NCBI RefSeq assembly: GCF_009914755.1
Contig: NC_060929.1
DNA: 64,000 nt
From: the human T2T-CHM13v2.0 reference genome, Homo sapiens
Strand: one strand, 5' to 3'
Under the pieces are notes generated by a model. The model did not search any database and had not been told where the DNA came from. It saw nothing but the letters and a program-made list of their open reading frames with translations. Of the stretch, positions 1-17,565 are shown piece by piece (positions within the stretch are counted from its first letter, which is position 1; each line of letters opens with the position of its first letter). Made by a program: the position numbers and the translations under genes.

Positions 1-761
1 GGAAGTTAAGCTTGAATATGAAATGTGAAAAAAATAGCCTATTCAATTAAAAAGACTGATTTGGGAGGCGAACATTAAACACTAAGCAAATGCCCTTAGT
101 GAGTTGGCAGGTGGTTAAAGAAATTACAGCAAAACGGTGGACTCCAGAGTCCTGAAGGGGTAATCAGCACAATGCCTGAGATGAAATGGTTAGGAAGCAG
201 ACTGTGATGTCTATTGCCAGAAAAATGATCAATGGTACGAGATATTTTGCACTCGAATTAGACAATAATGTGGCTCTTCCTACTAAAGCAGTAGAATAAA
301 ACATCATCTTTCACCTCAGCTCCTGGAGAAGATGATAATGTTTTTAGCAGAGTTCAAAAGGAATAGTGACTCAGGTTTTAGAGAGAGCTGCCAGGTGAAG
401 CAAACAAGCAAAACAATTGCATGTTTAAAAAATTAAACAAGTAGCCAACATTTGGAAAATTATATTATGGAAAAGAAAAACCTTTCCAAATTTGCAGGAT
501 AAAGTCTCTGAAAGTGTCGAAAGGGACTTAAAATGAGAAGCTACAAATATGTTCATTATCGAACAATGGCCATGGGTAAAAAAGCAAGGAGTGCTCAAGA
601 AGGGAAGAAAAACAAAATGGAAGAGACAGACTAACACCACATGGATAAAGAGACTTTATTATATTTTAAAATTATATACAGTAATTATTATATACATTCA
701 TTCATAAATTCTATATAAGTAAACATTCTAATCACAGTGTTTCAATTCCATTTTTCTCAAA

Positions 762-787
762 ACACACACACACACACACACACACAC
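762..787. repeat. (CA)n microsatellite
   Basis: Pure (AC)13 run. Confidence 0.95.
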
Positions 788-930
788 GAAAAGCCTGTAA
801 CCTTTGAAAGCCTAAAATGTAGGAGTTCCTCCAGGTACTCACTTCATAGTTCAGATGGATCTTACCAGATTATTAGCAACAAGAATTCAGTGCCTATATC
901 ACAGTTAAAATTATAGTTAAAATATTTAAT

Positions 931-1390
931 AGAGGGACACCCACCCTCAATGCGGGTGGGCACCATCCAATTGGTCAGGGGTATGGATAAAACAAAAATG
1001 CATAGGAAAGCTCGCTCTCTCCTGGACCTAAGACACCCTCCTTCTGGTGCTTTTGGACATCCAAACTCCAGGCTGTCTGGCCTTGGGATTCCAGGAGTTG
1101 CAAAGTGGCTGTCTGAGTTCTCAGGCCTTTGGCCTCTGACTGAGAGTTATACCATCAGTTTCCCTAGTTCTGAAGCTTCAGGACTTGGAGAAAGCTACTC
1201 TACTCTCTTCCCTGGTTCTCCAGCTTGCAGACAACCTATCCTGGAACTTCTCGGCCCGCATAATCGCATGATCCAATTCCTATAATAAATGTACATCTCT
1301 CTCTCTCTCTCTGTATGTGTAGGTATATGCATGTGTGTATATATATATGTATACGTGTAGGTTCTGTCTGAGAGAACCCAGCCTAATACA
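931..1390 (+). mobile_element. MLT2-type (ERVL) LTR fragment with internal (TC)/(TA)/(TG) simple repeat
   Basis: MLT2-like motifs 'cccaccctcaatgcgggtgggcaccatccaa', 'ggcctctgactgagagttataccatc', 'ccagcttgcagac' and LTR terminus 'gaacccagcctaataca'. Subfamily recognised from memory. Confidence 0.75.
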
Positions 1391-4212
1391 TCATGCAGCA
1401 TATTATCAGAATAAAATTTGATAATGTATGTACAATGCTGAACACAGCATCTGGTATTTAAAAACATATTCAGCATCGAGTTACTGTAACTGCTGTCATT
1501 GATGCCTCTTCTTCTAAAATGAGATGCCATCACTTGTAAAATTATTTTTAAAAGATATATTTTTAAATGAAGAAGTCTTTTTATATGTCAAATAATTTAC
1601 TTTAGATGTTTAAAATAGTATAGCTCACAAAAAATGTTGGCTTATAACAACTTCTACTGAGTATGTAAGAAAATGGTTTTGAAGTTCAATCTTTTTTTAA
1701 AAAAAAAGTTGTATGAATGTATTCAAAATTTACATGAACACTCAGCTATGTATACTATAAATATTTTCCAAACTCCATGAGCTGATTAATTAAAACAGAT
1801 CCTCTAGCCAGGAAGACAAGCATATGAATACAACAGTCTTTCTTTTATCAATTCTCCTGAAATATCTAGTATAGCACATAATAATTTTTATATATGAGTG
1901 AAGGTGGTTTCTATGTCCAATTAGCAATAATTGTGCCTCAGGTCATCTTCATTGACTATGATACTGCCACTCTGAAAAGCTGTCTACATCCAAATATTGA
2001 TTTAATTTGGCAAAAAAACAGGCAGGCTTAGAAAGTGTTTTAGAACAGGACAATTAAATAATATAATATTTTCTATAATATTTCATTTTCTTATTTCTTC
2101 TCAAGATCTCACGACAATGGATATAGTTGCCTTTTTATCTTAAGAAGTATAAATTTTACAAACATAAAAGGTATGTCTCCCTTCAATATTTCCTCTTAAT
2201 GCTGAGTGCAAAATTGGTTCAGAAAGAAAATTGCTGACATTAAGCTAGGACGTGACTTGGCAACTGATTGCAACATATTTCTATAGGATGCTGTGGGATG
2301 TACCGAAAAAAGGATGTTTTAGACCCAGAGAGACTGTTGCTCTGTTCCCAGGGAAATGGAAAAAAAAACAAAAAACAAAAAACTTAATCTTGAGCTCTAG
2401 TTCTCGACTTATATAGAACATGGAATAAAGAAAAAGGTTTCTGTTCATCTCTATACTTCAGGAAGTGGAGCAATATTATTGGCTTTGCATCATTTCATCA
2501 ATTAAGGAAGGTCTTATAATAGCATACTTCAACTCTTTTAAATATTAGACAATGGGTTTATTCACAAAGTATTTTTTATAAACATATGTTTTAGGCATAA
2601 AGTTTATTCATCCAAAATAAAGATTCCCATATTTCCATCTACTATGATTTTTCCATCATGCTTAGTATTAACCAATAATTTATACTCCACTACTGATACT
2701 TGCTAATTGAATTACACTTCTGATGATCATTTTTTTTTTCAAATGACATAGTGAGAGTTATGATCGGTTACTTGGGTTGTAAGGATTGAAAACATACCTA
2801 GATCATATAAATTTGTGAAGGTTTTGCCATCACAAGCATTATAGGGAATAATGAACATCAACTATCCTACAGCTAAACCTAATGAAGACCAAATTGCCTC
2901 CAAGGTCAAAACAATATTTCTTTGTGCTCAAAAGTGGTTCACATAATTGATGCTGCATTGATGCTGTCTATAGAGATTCTAGTTTTCTCCACATTTTCTC
3001 TATTTTTCAATTTCCTTTCTTTTCACTGGGGTCTATTGTTCTTTAACAGAAGTAATGGCCTTTTGTAAATATATAATTTTCACGTTGTAAGCATTCTTTC
3101 CAAGCTAGCTGCCCATCATCACGTTTTGGCTAGTCCCAGTCTCTGCTCATAGAACGCTTGTCCACACTCTAAATTCTCTCCGTTCTCCATAGCCCCCACT
3201 CATCTAATTCCTATAGTCTTTTAACTCAAAGCCTTCAACTTATGTACAGCTTTCTCTGCCTCACGTTTCAAGCTTAATGCATCATCTTAATTCATCTTTC
3301 GACATCTATTTCTACTACATGCTGCTCTCTTTCTCTATCTTACATCTCCCAGAATGTTTTATTTCAACAAATTGCTAATCTGTGCCAGGCATTGTTATTA
3401 GCAAAATGATAAGCCCTGCATGTAGCAAAGTTCCTGCCTTCACTGCATATGCATTAACAGCTCTGATTAGTCCACTTAAAAACCATTGTTCCCGTCATGC
3501 AGAACTCCATTGCCAAGCCACACAACACCCAGCCAGTAGGTTAGCAGCTCCGTGGAGCAAGGTAAACATGTTGATTCAATTGACTTTGGGCAGAAGGGTA
3601 AGATTTTGTCTTCAGCTTTTCTCATGAGGAACATATACAACCCAAATGGGAAAACCCTGTATCCTCCTGCCAAAGCAAATAATTCGATAATAAATAATAG
3701 CTTCCACTAAAATATAATGAAGTGGTTACTTTGATAGGTAATAAAGTATGTGTTGTTTTCCTTTAGTTTTCTTTTAAAAATGTATGTTAACCTTGTTTCA
3801 GTTTGGTTTTCCAGAGTATCCTGCATAAATGGACACAAACCACATTCACTTTGCTATGTGGATGGGGGAGATGCAAAAGGTGTCTTCAGTGCATGCCCAG
3901 ATATTCCCACATGTTCAACCTTCCACTTAGCTCCCAATAAAACATGTTTCTTTTTTCACAACTAGGAGAGCTCTCCTTTTCATACCTCTGCAGTGACATA
4001 ATGGCATACTAAATAGAGAAGTAAAAGGTTCATATGAAACTGTAATGTAAATATTATTCACATATTGAAATTCTGTAAACAGTATTAATATTTTTCCTGT
4101 GATGCTTTTAAATTTTAATATTCTGTAAAGTATATTTTAAGCATTCACAATTTGGATTTATTCGTGATAAGAGTATATTTTACCTATAATAGATTGGGAA
4201 ATATATACATAT

Positions 4213-4225
4213 GTGTGTGTGTGCA

Positions 4226-4258
<33 letters not shown>
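4213..4258. repeat. (TG)n microsatellite
   Basis: Interrupted TG run. Confidence 0.95.
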
Positions 4259-4260
<2 letters not shown>

Positions 4261-4794
4261 TAATATATTTTCCTTGAGACTAGTAGTGAAGGCAAAGTTC
4301 TGAAACTGAATTTGCCAAAATGGGATTAGATGTGTGAGGGATTTATTTGGATAAACACTTTTGCAAGGTGAGGTGGAGGAAGCAGGAATAGACACAGCCT
4401 TCAGCCACAATACTTGTAAACCTTATGAAGGAGGAAAGAAAATAAAAAAGGTTAGGTAAAATGAGTTTCAGATAGTAGCACAATACTTAACATATTTTGG
4501 CAGGCCAATGGAGAGTTATCAAGCCAAAGTTTTCCTCCATATTGAGCAGGAACAGCACCTCACTATGCTTTGTCATTGGCTGACAACAGCTGTGAGATGG
4601 GGATTTTGGACTATAGGTAGTGATGGATACAAAGATGAACCCCTGGAGCTGTCAGTCAACTGTGATAGTCACTAGGGGAGATATACATGAAGCAGTCTCA
4701 TCACAGTTACAAGCCTTGACCTTTTATTTTATACTAAAGTAAAATATAACTTTATTATGAAGACCATCGGGCCACCTAGTTACTATATACCAGT

Positions 4795-5179
4795 TGCTAT
4801 GGTTTGAATGTGTCCCTCAAAATTCATGTGTTGGAAAATTAATCCCCAATGCAACAGTGGGAGGAGGTGAAATCCTTTGGGAAATGATTATGTCATGATG
4901 GTGGCATCCTCATAAATGAATTAATGTCACTACAAAAAGGCTTGAAAGAGGGAGTTTGGTCCCTATTCCCACCTTCGGTTCCTTCCTTCATGAGAAGATA
5001 CAGTATTTCTTCCCTCTGGCGGGTGCAGCAACAAAGTACTCTCTTAGACGCAGACACTGAACTACAGGTGACTTCATCTTGGATTTCCAGCCTGCAGAAC
5101 TGTGAAAAATCAATTTCTGTTCTTTATAAATGACCAGGTAGTAAATATTTTGTAATAGTAGCACAAACGAATTAACACA
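4795..5179 (+). mobile_element. MaLR solo LTR (MST/MLT1A-like)
   Basis: Begins 'tgctatggtttgaatgtgtccctcaaaattcatgtgttgg', contains 'ccagcctgcagaactgtga' and ends 'gcacaaacgaattaacaca'. Confidence 0.8.
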
Positions 5180-5279
5180 ATTGTGAGGAAATTATTTCTG
5201 TAACATTTTACATAACAAAATTCAGCATTTTATAGGTTAGTCTGTGAAGTAGAGTTATTTATTTATTTACTTGAAAGTT

Positions 5280-5678
5280 CTACTAATCTGCATGTCCCTG
5301 ATAATTAAAGATGTTGAGCATATTTTTTAATGTATCTGTTGGCCATTTGTATATCTTCTTTGAAGAAATGTCTGTTCAAATCCTTTGCCCATTTTTTAAT
5401 CAGATTATGCATGTTTTGCTATTAAATTGTAGGAATTTCTTATATATTTTGAAAATTAATCCATTATCAGATATATGGATTGCAAATATTTTCTCTCATT
5501 TTATAGATTGCCTTTTCGTTCTGTTGATTGTATCCTTAGCTGTGTAGAAGTTTGCTTGGTTTTTGTTTTTCTTGTTTGTTTTTAGTTTGATATAGTCCAA
5601 CTTGCCTATTTTTTGTTTCTGTTTCCTGTGCTTTTGATGTCATATTCAAAAAGTCATTGCAAATAGTAATATCAAAAT
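5280..5678 (-). mobile_element. Old L1 (L1M-type) ORF2 3' fragment, inverted segment
   Basis: Antisense L1 text 'gatgttgagcatattttttaatgtatctgttggccatttgtatatcttctttgaagaaatgtctgttc'. Confidence 0.85.
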
Positions 5679-6572
5679 GATATTACCTCACTCTTGTTAG
5701 GATGTTGATTTTCAAAAAACCAAAAGATAAATGGTGAGGATGTAGGGAACTTGGAATCCCTGTACACTGTACATTGAGAATGTACAATGATACAGCAACT
5801 AAGAAAACAGTATGGCGGTTCCTCCAAAAGCTAAAAATAATAGAATTACCACGCGATCCAGCACTCTTATTTCTAGATACATATCCAAAACAATTAAAAT
5901 CAGGATCTTGTAGAGATATCAGCACTCTCACATTTATAGCATCATTTTTCACAATAGCCAATATATGGAAATGACCCATGTCTATGCCCATTGGCAGATG
6001 AATGGATAAAGAAATTGAGGTATATACACACAATAGAATATTTTTCAGTCTTAAGAAGAAAATCCTGCCATTGGTGACAATATTGATGAACCTAAGGGAT
6101 CTTATGCTAAGTGAAATAAGCCAGTCACAAGAGGACAAATACTACAGAATTCCACTTATACGAGGTATCTGTAATAGTCAAACTCACAGAGGCAGAGAAG
6201 ACCACAGTGGTTTCCAAAGGCTCTGTTGTGGGGTAATGGGAAGTTTTTCAAGGAATATGAACTTTGTTGTGCAAGATAAATACATTTTAGAGAGGGGCTG
6301 TTCAATATAGTGCCGATAGTTTATACTATATTGTGCATGTCAAAATTTGTTGAGGCTGGGTCTCAAATTCAGTCTTCTCACCACACACATACACACATAA
6401 GGGGTTTAAAATAAATTTCGGGGCGTCTTGGATATGTTTATGTGAATCATATCCAAGTGAGTGTGGTGACAGTATCGGGGGTGTTTGCATATGTTTAAAC
6501 TCATTAAAGTATACAAGTTAAATATGTGCAGTTCTCTGTATATAAATTACCCTTCAAATAGCTGTTAATAAA
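5679..6572 (+). mobile_element. Old L1 (L1MA/MB-type) ORF2 end plus 3' UTR
   Basis: Degenerate ORF2 C-terminus (TVWRFLQKLKIIELPRDPA..., MLSEISQSQEDKY) followed by an L1M-like 3' UTR. Confidence 0.85.
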
Positions 6573-8046
6573 GTGCTCTTTAATATCACTGAAAGTGCAT
6601 TAACTGAAAATTCAAACTTCAGAAAATATATTAATGGTATGCAGTCATTAGTTGGTATAATTTCCTACGGTGATAACATCTCTCTCCTTAAATTCAGTAC
6701 ACAAGAATTGATACCAACTGCAGTTAAACAGTGTCCACCTTATTTTGTTATATTTTACACATCAATGTGTTCAAAAACCCAGAATTAAAATTTAAAGAAT
6801 CTTAGAATATTTTCTCACTTATTGACAGAATTACAGATTCAATTTTTCTGATAGTTTATATTCAGCCATTGCTCCAACTATCCCAGAGATTGAGGGAGGT
6901 CTCAATAACTTATGAAGCATCATTATGTATTAGACATATGATGGTTAAAATGCCAGCTCTTCAATTTTTCCTTTATTTAAAATGGGTTCCAGGCACACAC
7001 TGCTGTGACAGCCCTTCCTTTGTAAAGAATAGAATCTGCCAACCTTATTCTCAAATTTTAAACCTAGAGCTGTATCCAAAAGCTACCTATAAAGTCATTT
7101 ATTATGGGCTTTGCTTGACTCATTCTGAATACCACAGGGTAGTTTTAGAGTTCAGGGTTTCCACCGAGATATTTTCATTAAGCATATACTAAAATAGAGT
7201 TTTCTTACTGAATTTTTTTCAGCAAGTTTATAAATCTCAAGTGCAGAGCTTTCTGTAAGTTATTAATCAAAAATTAACGTTGTGAATATATCTACAGTAT
7301 AATATATATACATAAATATATTATATACTATAAATTCTGAATTCCTGAAATTAAATACTAGTTTTATAATTAAGTGAAATGTCTAATTTCCCCTGGTAGG
7401 GACATTTGTATATTTCTAAACCAAACATTCCATTTTGTTATGTGTATCAGTTAAGATGACCTATACTATACTGCAGTAATAAATAACTTTCACATCTAAA
7501 ACCAATTCAGTCTCTATAATAAGTTTACAAGGAGACAGTCATTTAGGAAGACAGCTGATAAAAACTCTGTCACCACTCATGCTAATACAGCTCATAAGGG
7601 ACCATGGGAAGGCCTTGTAAAAATTCCTTCTATTCAAATGACATTGGTCAAAACAAGTAAAGTGGTTTCATTTACCTTCAAGCAGGATGAAATACTGCCA
7701 TCTTATTATTTGTATAGTATGAGAAAAACTAAAGTATTTGTGAGCAGCCTAATAGTTACATGATTGATAACATTTGTATTCACAATAGTGCCAGTAATAG
7801 AACCCAGAAGTATATTATTTTTCCTTTCAAACTACCCATAAATGTACCCATTGATTAATCATTGTGGGTATATTTATTCAACCAAGTATACAGCACATAA
7901 TACTTCCATCTGGTTTGATATTTTCTATGTGTGCATCAGAATTTCATGAGATGTTGTCAAATGTTATAATAAAATTAATAAGCTCAAAGCCCATGCATGA
8001 CATTTAATCTATTCCAAAAGAATGCCATTATGAAACTTAGGAAATA

Positions 8047-8406
8047 GAGTAATCCCTCTTATCCATAGAGGATACATTCCAAGACCCCCAGTGGTTGCCT
8101 GAAACTGTAGGTAGTTCAAATCCTATACATACTGTACTATGTATTTTTTTTCTATACATACATAGCTATGGTAAAGTTTAATTTATAAATTAGGCATAGT
8201 AAGAAACTAACAACAATAAAAATGATAAAATAGAACATTTATAATGTACTGTAATAAAAGTAGATGAATGTGGTCTCTTACTCTCTCTCAAAATATCTTG
8301 TTGTTATACACTCACCTATTTTTAGACCTTAGTTGAATGCTGGTTAACTGAAACCAGGGAAAACAGCCATGTACCCGGGGTTGGGCGGGGGGGGGCGGGG
8401 GGAACT
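8047..8406 (-). mobile_element. MER44-like (Tigger-derived) DNA transposon
   Basis: 'cttatccatagaggatacattccaagacccccagtgg...aaagtttaatttataaattaggcatagtaaga...tgtggtctct' matches the MER44A reverse complement as recalled. Confidence 0.7.
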
Positions 8407-9845
8407 AAACATGCTTTCTTTATTCTGAAGTTCTCAAAATCCTAATAATTGAGTAACTTTATTCTTTCCCTGTGTAACTCCAGGCAATTTATTGAACCTC
8501 TATGCACCTAAGATTCAGGGATGCAATGAGAATGATAAAACTGCTCTATCAGCTGATTTATGTGAGAATTAAATCAGCCAATGCATGTAAATTCCTTAAC
8601 TTGGTCCCACACAGAAAATTCTTTAACGTGTTAACCAATACTCTGTATGAAGTGAATGATATCATGTATATTATTTTGCAAACTCCTATTTTGCATATAG
8701 GTGCAGACATAGCTTCAGGTAAATACATGCAAACTAACTTATCTTTTAATATCTTAAAATTTTTCCATTATAAGGATACAAAAACTATTCTACCAATTAC
8801 CTGTTGAAGAAACTCATGTTTAATTCCGGTTTATTTTGCCATCATAAACAATGCTGTGAAAGCATTCTTGTATATCGAGGATCACATATATGCCTTTACT
8901 TCTGTAGGATAGATTCTTTTTAAAAATATTTTAACTTTTATTTTAGGTTCAAGGGTGGACTTTTAATCTAGATGCTCAGACTAGCACATATGTATACTTT
9001 TGCACTATGAAAATATCAATAATTTTTTTCTCCAAGTGTAGTAACTTACAGTTGCACTAAAGTATATAAGATTTTCCAGGTTCATTGAAATTCCCTAAGA
9101 AATACTATACACTCTTATGATAAAAAATATATGTATAAAACTTATATTAGATTTCCGCATGTATGAATTTAGTAAAGCAACTTTATAATTTTGCCAGAAG
9201 CCCAGCACAGTGCCTAGAATGTACAATTTCACAGTATATTTTAGTTAAAATATTATAATTATGCCAATTGAGGGATGTATAATATTAGTAATAAACACTG
9301 AAATTACAAATATACTACTTCTGATATTATCAGGCCTAACAAAAACAAACTTGGTTGAATGTTATAAAATCAGTTACACATAAAAACATTATTATTAGCT
9401 ATTACCCACTACATATTTTTCAAAATTCTGTTGTTGATTTAACTCATTTGCTAGATTAATATAATCGTCTCATTCAAGACCATAAAATCAATTTCCCATT
9501 TGTTTTATTTTATCTATATCTATGACAAACACTTTAAACCAAAATTTGAAGTGAATGTATTATAAAATAATTAGTATAAAATAAAAGCTATTCAAAAGAC
9601 ATATACTTCTATTGTATGGATATGTAAAATGAGTAAGAATGAGTAAAATGAGTAAGAAAAACTTTTTGTGTTAGCCACTGGGATTTTTGGTTTGTGTATT
9701 ACTTTAGCATATTATCTCATTTTGAATGCTATAGTTTAGGACACTAGTTTAAACTACTGAAGTTAAAATGTTCTCCTTATTTCAGAGGATAGAAGGATCT
9801 TACAGTGACAGACATCCATTAGTAAGAATTAATTTCTAGAGATAA

Positions 9846-11290
<1,445 letters not shown>

Positions 11291-11652
11291 GAAGACTTTT
11301 AAATGCTGCCATATTCAAGAAGCGTTGAAACTCACCTGTATTCGATGAGCCTGCTTTTCGCAAATGAGTAACATAAAACAGACTGAAATACCTTAAGCTT
11401 CTCAGCCTTTTACCCTCCTCTGGAATGATGAGTGTATCCCAAAAGTAAATCCATAATGAGGTCCAGTGTTTCCTTCATCCTTGGCTATGAAATAGACAAG
11501 AAAAAGGCAAGCTAGCCATTTCCATCTCACTATAGCAGACTCTCATGTTTGCTTTTTGACCGTATGTGGGAAGCGGGGACCTGACTCCTTTCCTACTTCC
11601 TAAGCACAACTTACTTTTCCTAGGAAATTCTCAACACAACCTACATGGATTA

Positions 11653-12000
<348 letters not shown>

Positions 12001-12061
12001 TCACTGGGGGCTGTAGTGACTGCAGGACTCACTGATGCTAGGGTAAAGACAGTCAGGGAGA

Positions 12062-12376
12062 AATTGGAAATCATCATTCTCAGTAAACTATCGCCAAGAA
12101 CAAAAAACCAAACACCGCATATTCTCACTCATAAGTGGGAATTGAACAATGAGATCACATGGACACAGGAAGGGGAACATCACACTCTGGGGACTGTTGT
12201 GCGGTGGGGGGAGGGGGGAGGGATAGCATTGGGAGATATACCTAATGCTAGATGACGAGTTAGTGGGTGCAGCACACCAGCATGGCACATGTATACGTAT
12301 GTAACTAACATGCACAATGTGCACATGTACCCTAAAACTTAACGTATAATAATAAAAAAAAAATACAAAAAAAAAA
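12062..12376 (+). mobile_element. 5'-truncated young L1 (L1PA2-like) 3' end with poly(A)
   Basis: Near-consensus primate L1 3' UTR with 'gagatcacatggacac'. GAG (not ACA/ACG) at 12257-12259 in 'gatgacGAGttagtggg'. A-tail present. Confidence 0.9.
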
Positions 12377-12547
12377 GCCAAGGAATGATGTAACCCAGAA
12401 TTAAAAAGGAGGTTTAAAAAAAAACATCAATTAGTAACTGCTTTATTTATAAATATAATCTGATACTCAATTTTTCTTACTTTTCCGTCTCTATCTGCTG
12501 ATACAGTCTTAAGGCTGAACTACACTAGAAGGAAAAATACGTCTTTA

Positions 12548-14249
<1,702 letters not shown>

Positions 14250-14674
14250 TTACCTTTTCAAAGAGAATGAACAAGGGTGCATATCCACAAACCATTTCCC
14301 CTTACTTGACTAGTTTGCAGAAGTGTCATTCTGTAAGCACGATAAATTTAAGGGTGCAAACAGAACAGTGCAGTCCACTGTGGGTGGCTGTTCCCTGTGT
14401 GTCAACTCCAACCCTGGAGTTACTAAATCAGGATCTCAGAATGCAGAGATCTGGCATTTCAATAAAACTTCCCCTGGAGATTCTGATCAGCCAGGTTTGG
14501 GCCAGATGAACTCTAAGCTCACTTAAACCTTTGACATTTTATGAGTCTATTAAATCGAGTACAAAAAATGCTGAGTCCAAACTGGGCAAACAAATCCCAT
14601 CTCCCTATGCCCAGCCTCCTTGGATTCAGAAAGCCACACTGCCTGGAGAGTAAGCAGAGAGAGAATTGTCATTA

Positions 14675-14854
<180 letters not shown>

Positions 14855-14958
14855 TCAGACTGGCAGCACATGGTTCTTTCCAGCTGTTCCCATGAGCAGG
14901 CTTCAGGACAAGCCCAGGCAAAGGCAGGGAGAAATGGGGTGGGGACCCCCAGGCTCAC

Positions 14959-15043
14959 CCCCTTGTCTGCTGCGTAGGTGGAGTTGGTCACAAAGGTCAC
15001 AGGCTGGGAGGGGTCCAAGGCTTTGGTGTGAGCAATCACCATC
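14959..15043 (-). pseudogene. GUSBP: GUSB pseudogene exon 9 homolog (copy 1)
   Basis: [28 protein letters not shown]. 85 nt between cag and gtgagc, the same length as GUSB exon 9. Confidence 0.95.
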
Positions 15044-15291
15044 CTGTCCACAAAAGAGAGAAGACACAGGTTCCGTCAGTCCGGGAAAGGCTCAGACACC
15101 CTCCCATCCTCTCTGTCCCATCTTCCCCTGCCAGAACACAACTGGGGGCCAGGCATGATGGCTCACATCTGTAATCCCAGCACTTCAGGAGGCTGAGGCA
15201 GGCAGATCACTGAGGTCAGGAGTTCAAGAACAGCCTGGCCAACATGGCAAAACCCCATTTCTACTAAATATACAAAAATTAGCCAGGCTTA

Positions 15292-15513
<222 letters not shown>

Positions 15514-16077
15514 CTAACTTGAGATGTATTTTACATAAGGGCACGTTCCTCTAGTCCTAGACCAAGCTCTCTAACAACACTCTTTCTCCCCCACACCTGA
15601 ATCCAATTCCCCCAGAGGCGTAGCCACCCTGCCAGGTACACACAGCTGAGGTCACTGGACTGAACACTGCCAAAAATGAGGTTCACTTCCTGAAATAGCC
15701 CTTGAACACAGGAGTGAATGGGCTGTGGATTCAGGTGGAATATTTATTAATGCATCAAGCAAACAGGTAGTGCGAGGTGGGAGGTAGGCATGAGGCTGGG
15801 TGCTAGGTGCTCAGTAATGACTCAAATCTAAGTCCACAGGTCCTGGGCAGTAGGAGTGGAGATGCATGCACAGAAAAACGGTGCAAGTGCCAGGCAAGGT
15901 GGCTCACGCCTAGAACCCCAGCACTTTGGGAGGCTTACTTGAGACCAGGTGCTTGACACCAGCCTGGGCAACATAGCAAGACCTTGTTTCTACAACAAAT
16001 TTAAAAATTAGGGCCGGGCATGGTGGCTCAAGCCTGTGAGCACTTTGGGAGGCCAGGGCAGGTGGATCACGAGCTCA

Positions 16078-16603
<526 letters not shown>

Positions 16604-17565
16604 TCAAGTTAACCAGGAGGGATGAAGGGAAGAGGCTCCCAACAGAGGGACCAGTCTGTGCTCAGAGCTCCCAGCATCTGCCCAAGGCCTCCACAGAACA
16701 GACTGTTGTGTTTTTGTTTTGTTTTGTTTTTTTGAGATACAGAGTCTCATTCTGTAGCCCAGGCTGGAATGCAGTGGCATTATCTCAGCTCACTGCACTC
16801 TCTGCCTCCTGGTTCACCTGAGGCGATTCTCCTGCCTCAGCCTACCTAGTAGCTGGGATTACAGACGTCCACCACCATGCCCAGCTAATTTTTGTATTTT
16901 TAGTAGAGACAGGATTCACTACCTGTTGACCAGGCTGGTCTCGAACTCCTGACCTCAGGTGATCCACCCACCTCAGCCTCCCAAACTGCTGGGATTACAG
17001 GCGTGACCCACCGCATCCGGCCTAGACTGTTGTTGAAGCTGGTTTTCTTCTTCTTTCCTCAGTTCTTTTCTTTTACATCTTCCCCCCACCATTGCTCTGC
17101 CCATCCGAAGGCTGTGGCTGGCACAGGACAGAACAGAACCTCCTAGCCTCAAGTTCCAAACCCACACTCTCCAATAGCCAGGCTCTCAGATGGGAAGCTT
17201 CAAAGCCTTGTGACAGCCTGGCTGAACCTCTCCAGCCTGGGCGCTCCCTCCATTTCCTGCCCCGGAAACAGGCATCTCCTCTGGCCACCTCCCAAAGCCT
17301 GTCTGGAAGCCTCAGGCACCCGCTCCTGGAAGCCTGTACGATTCACAACAAAGGGCCCGTCCACCCAGTCGTGCTGAGCACACCCCTATTCCCCCGAGCT
17401 CTGAATTGTCCTTTGCCCAGGCTAGGACAACATCTCAGAGCCTTCTGCCTGCTGCAGACTCGGCTCAGCCCAAATCACTCCATGAAATTGGGGTGTGGCA
17501 TCTGCCTCAAGGAGCATTTCTACAACCTCTGCTGCCTCTACCGCAAATGAAACTGGCTCTCACCC

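Noticed and set aside
9626-9658. Short tandem AATGAGTAA repeats
   Set aside because: Small local slippage repeat without spacers; not CRISPR-like and no supported function.
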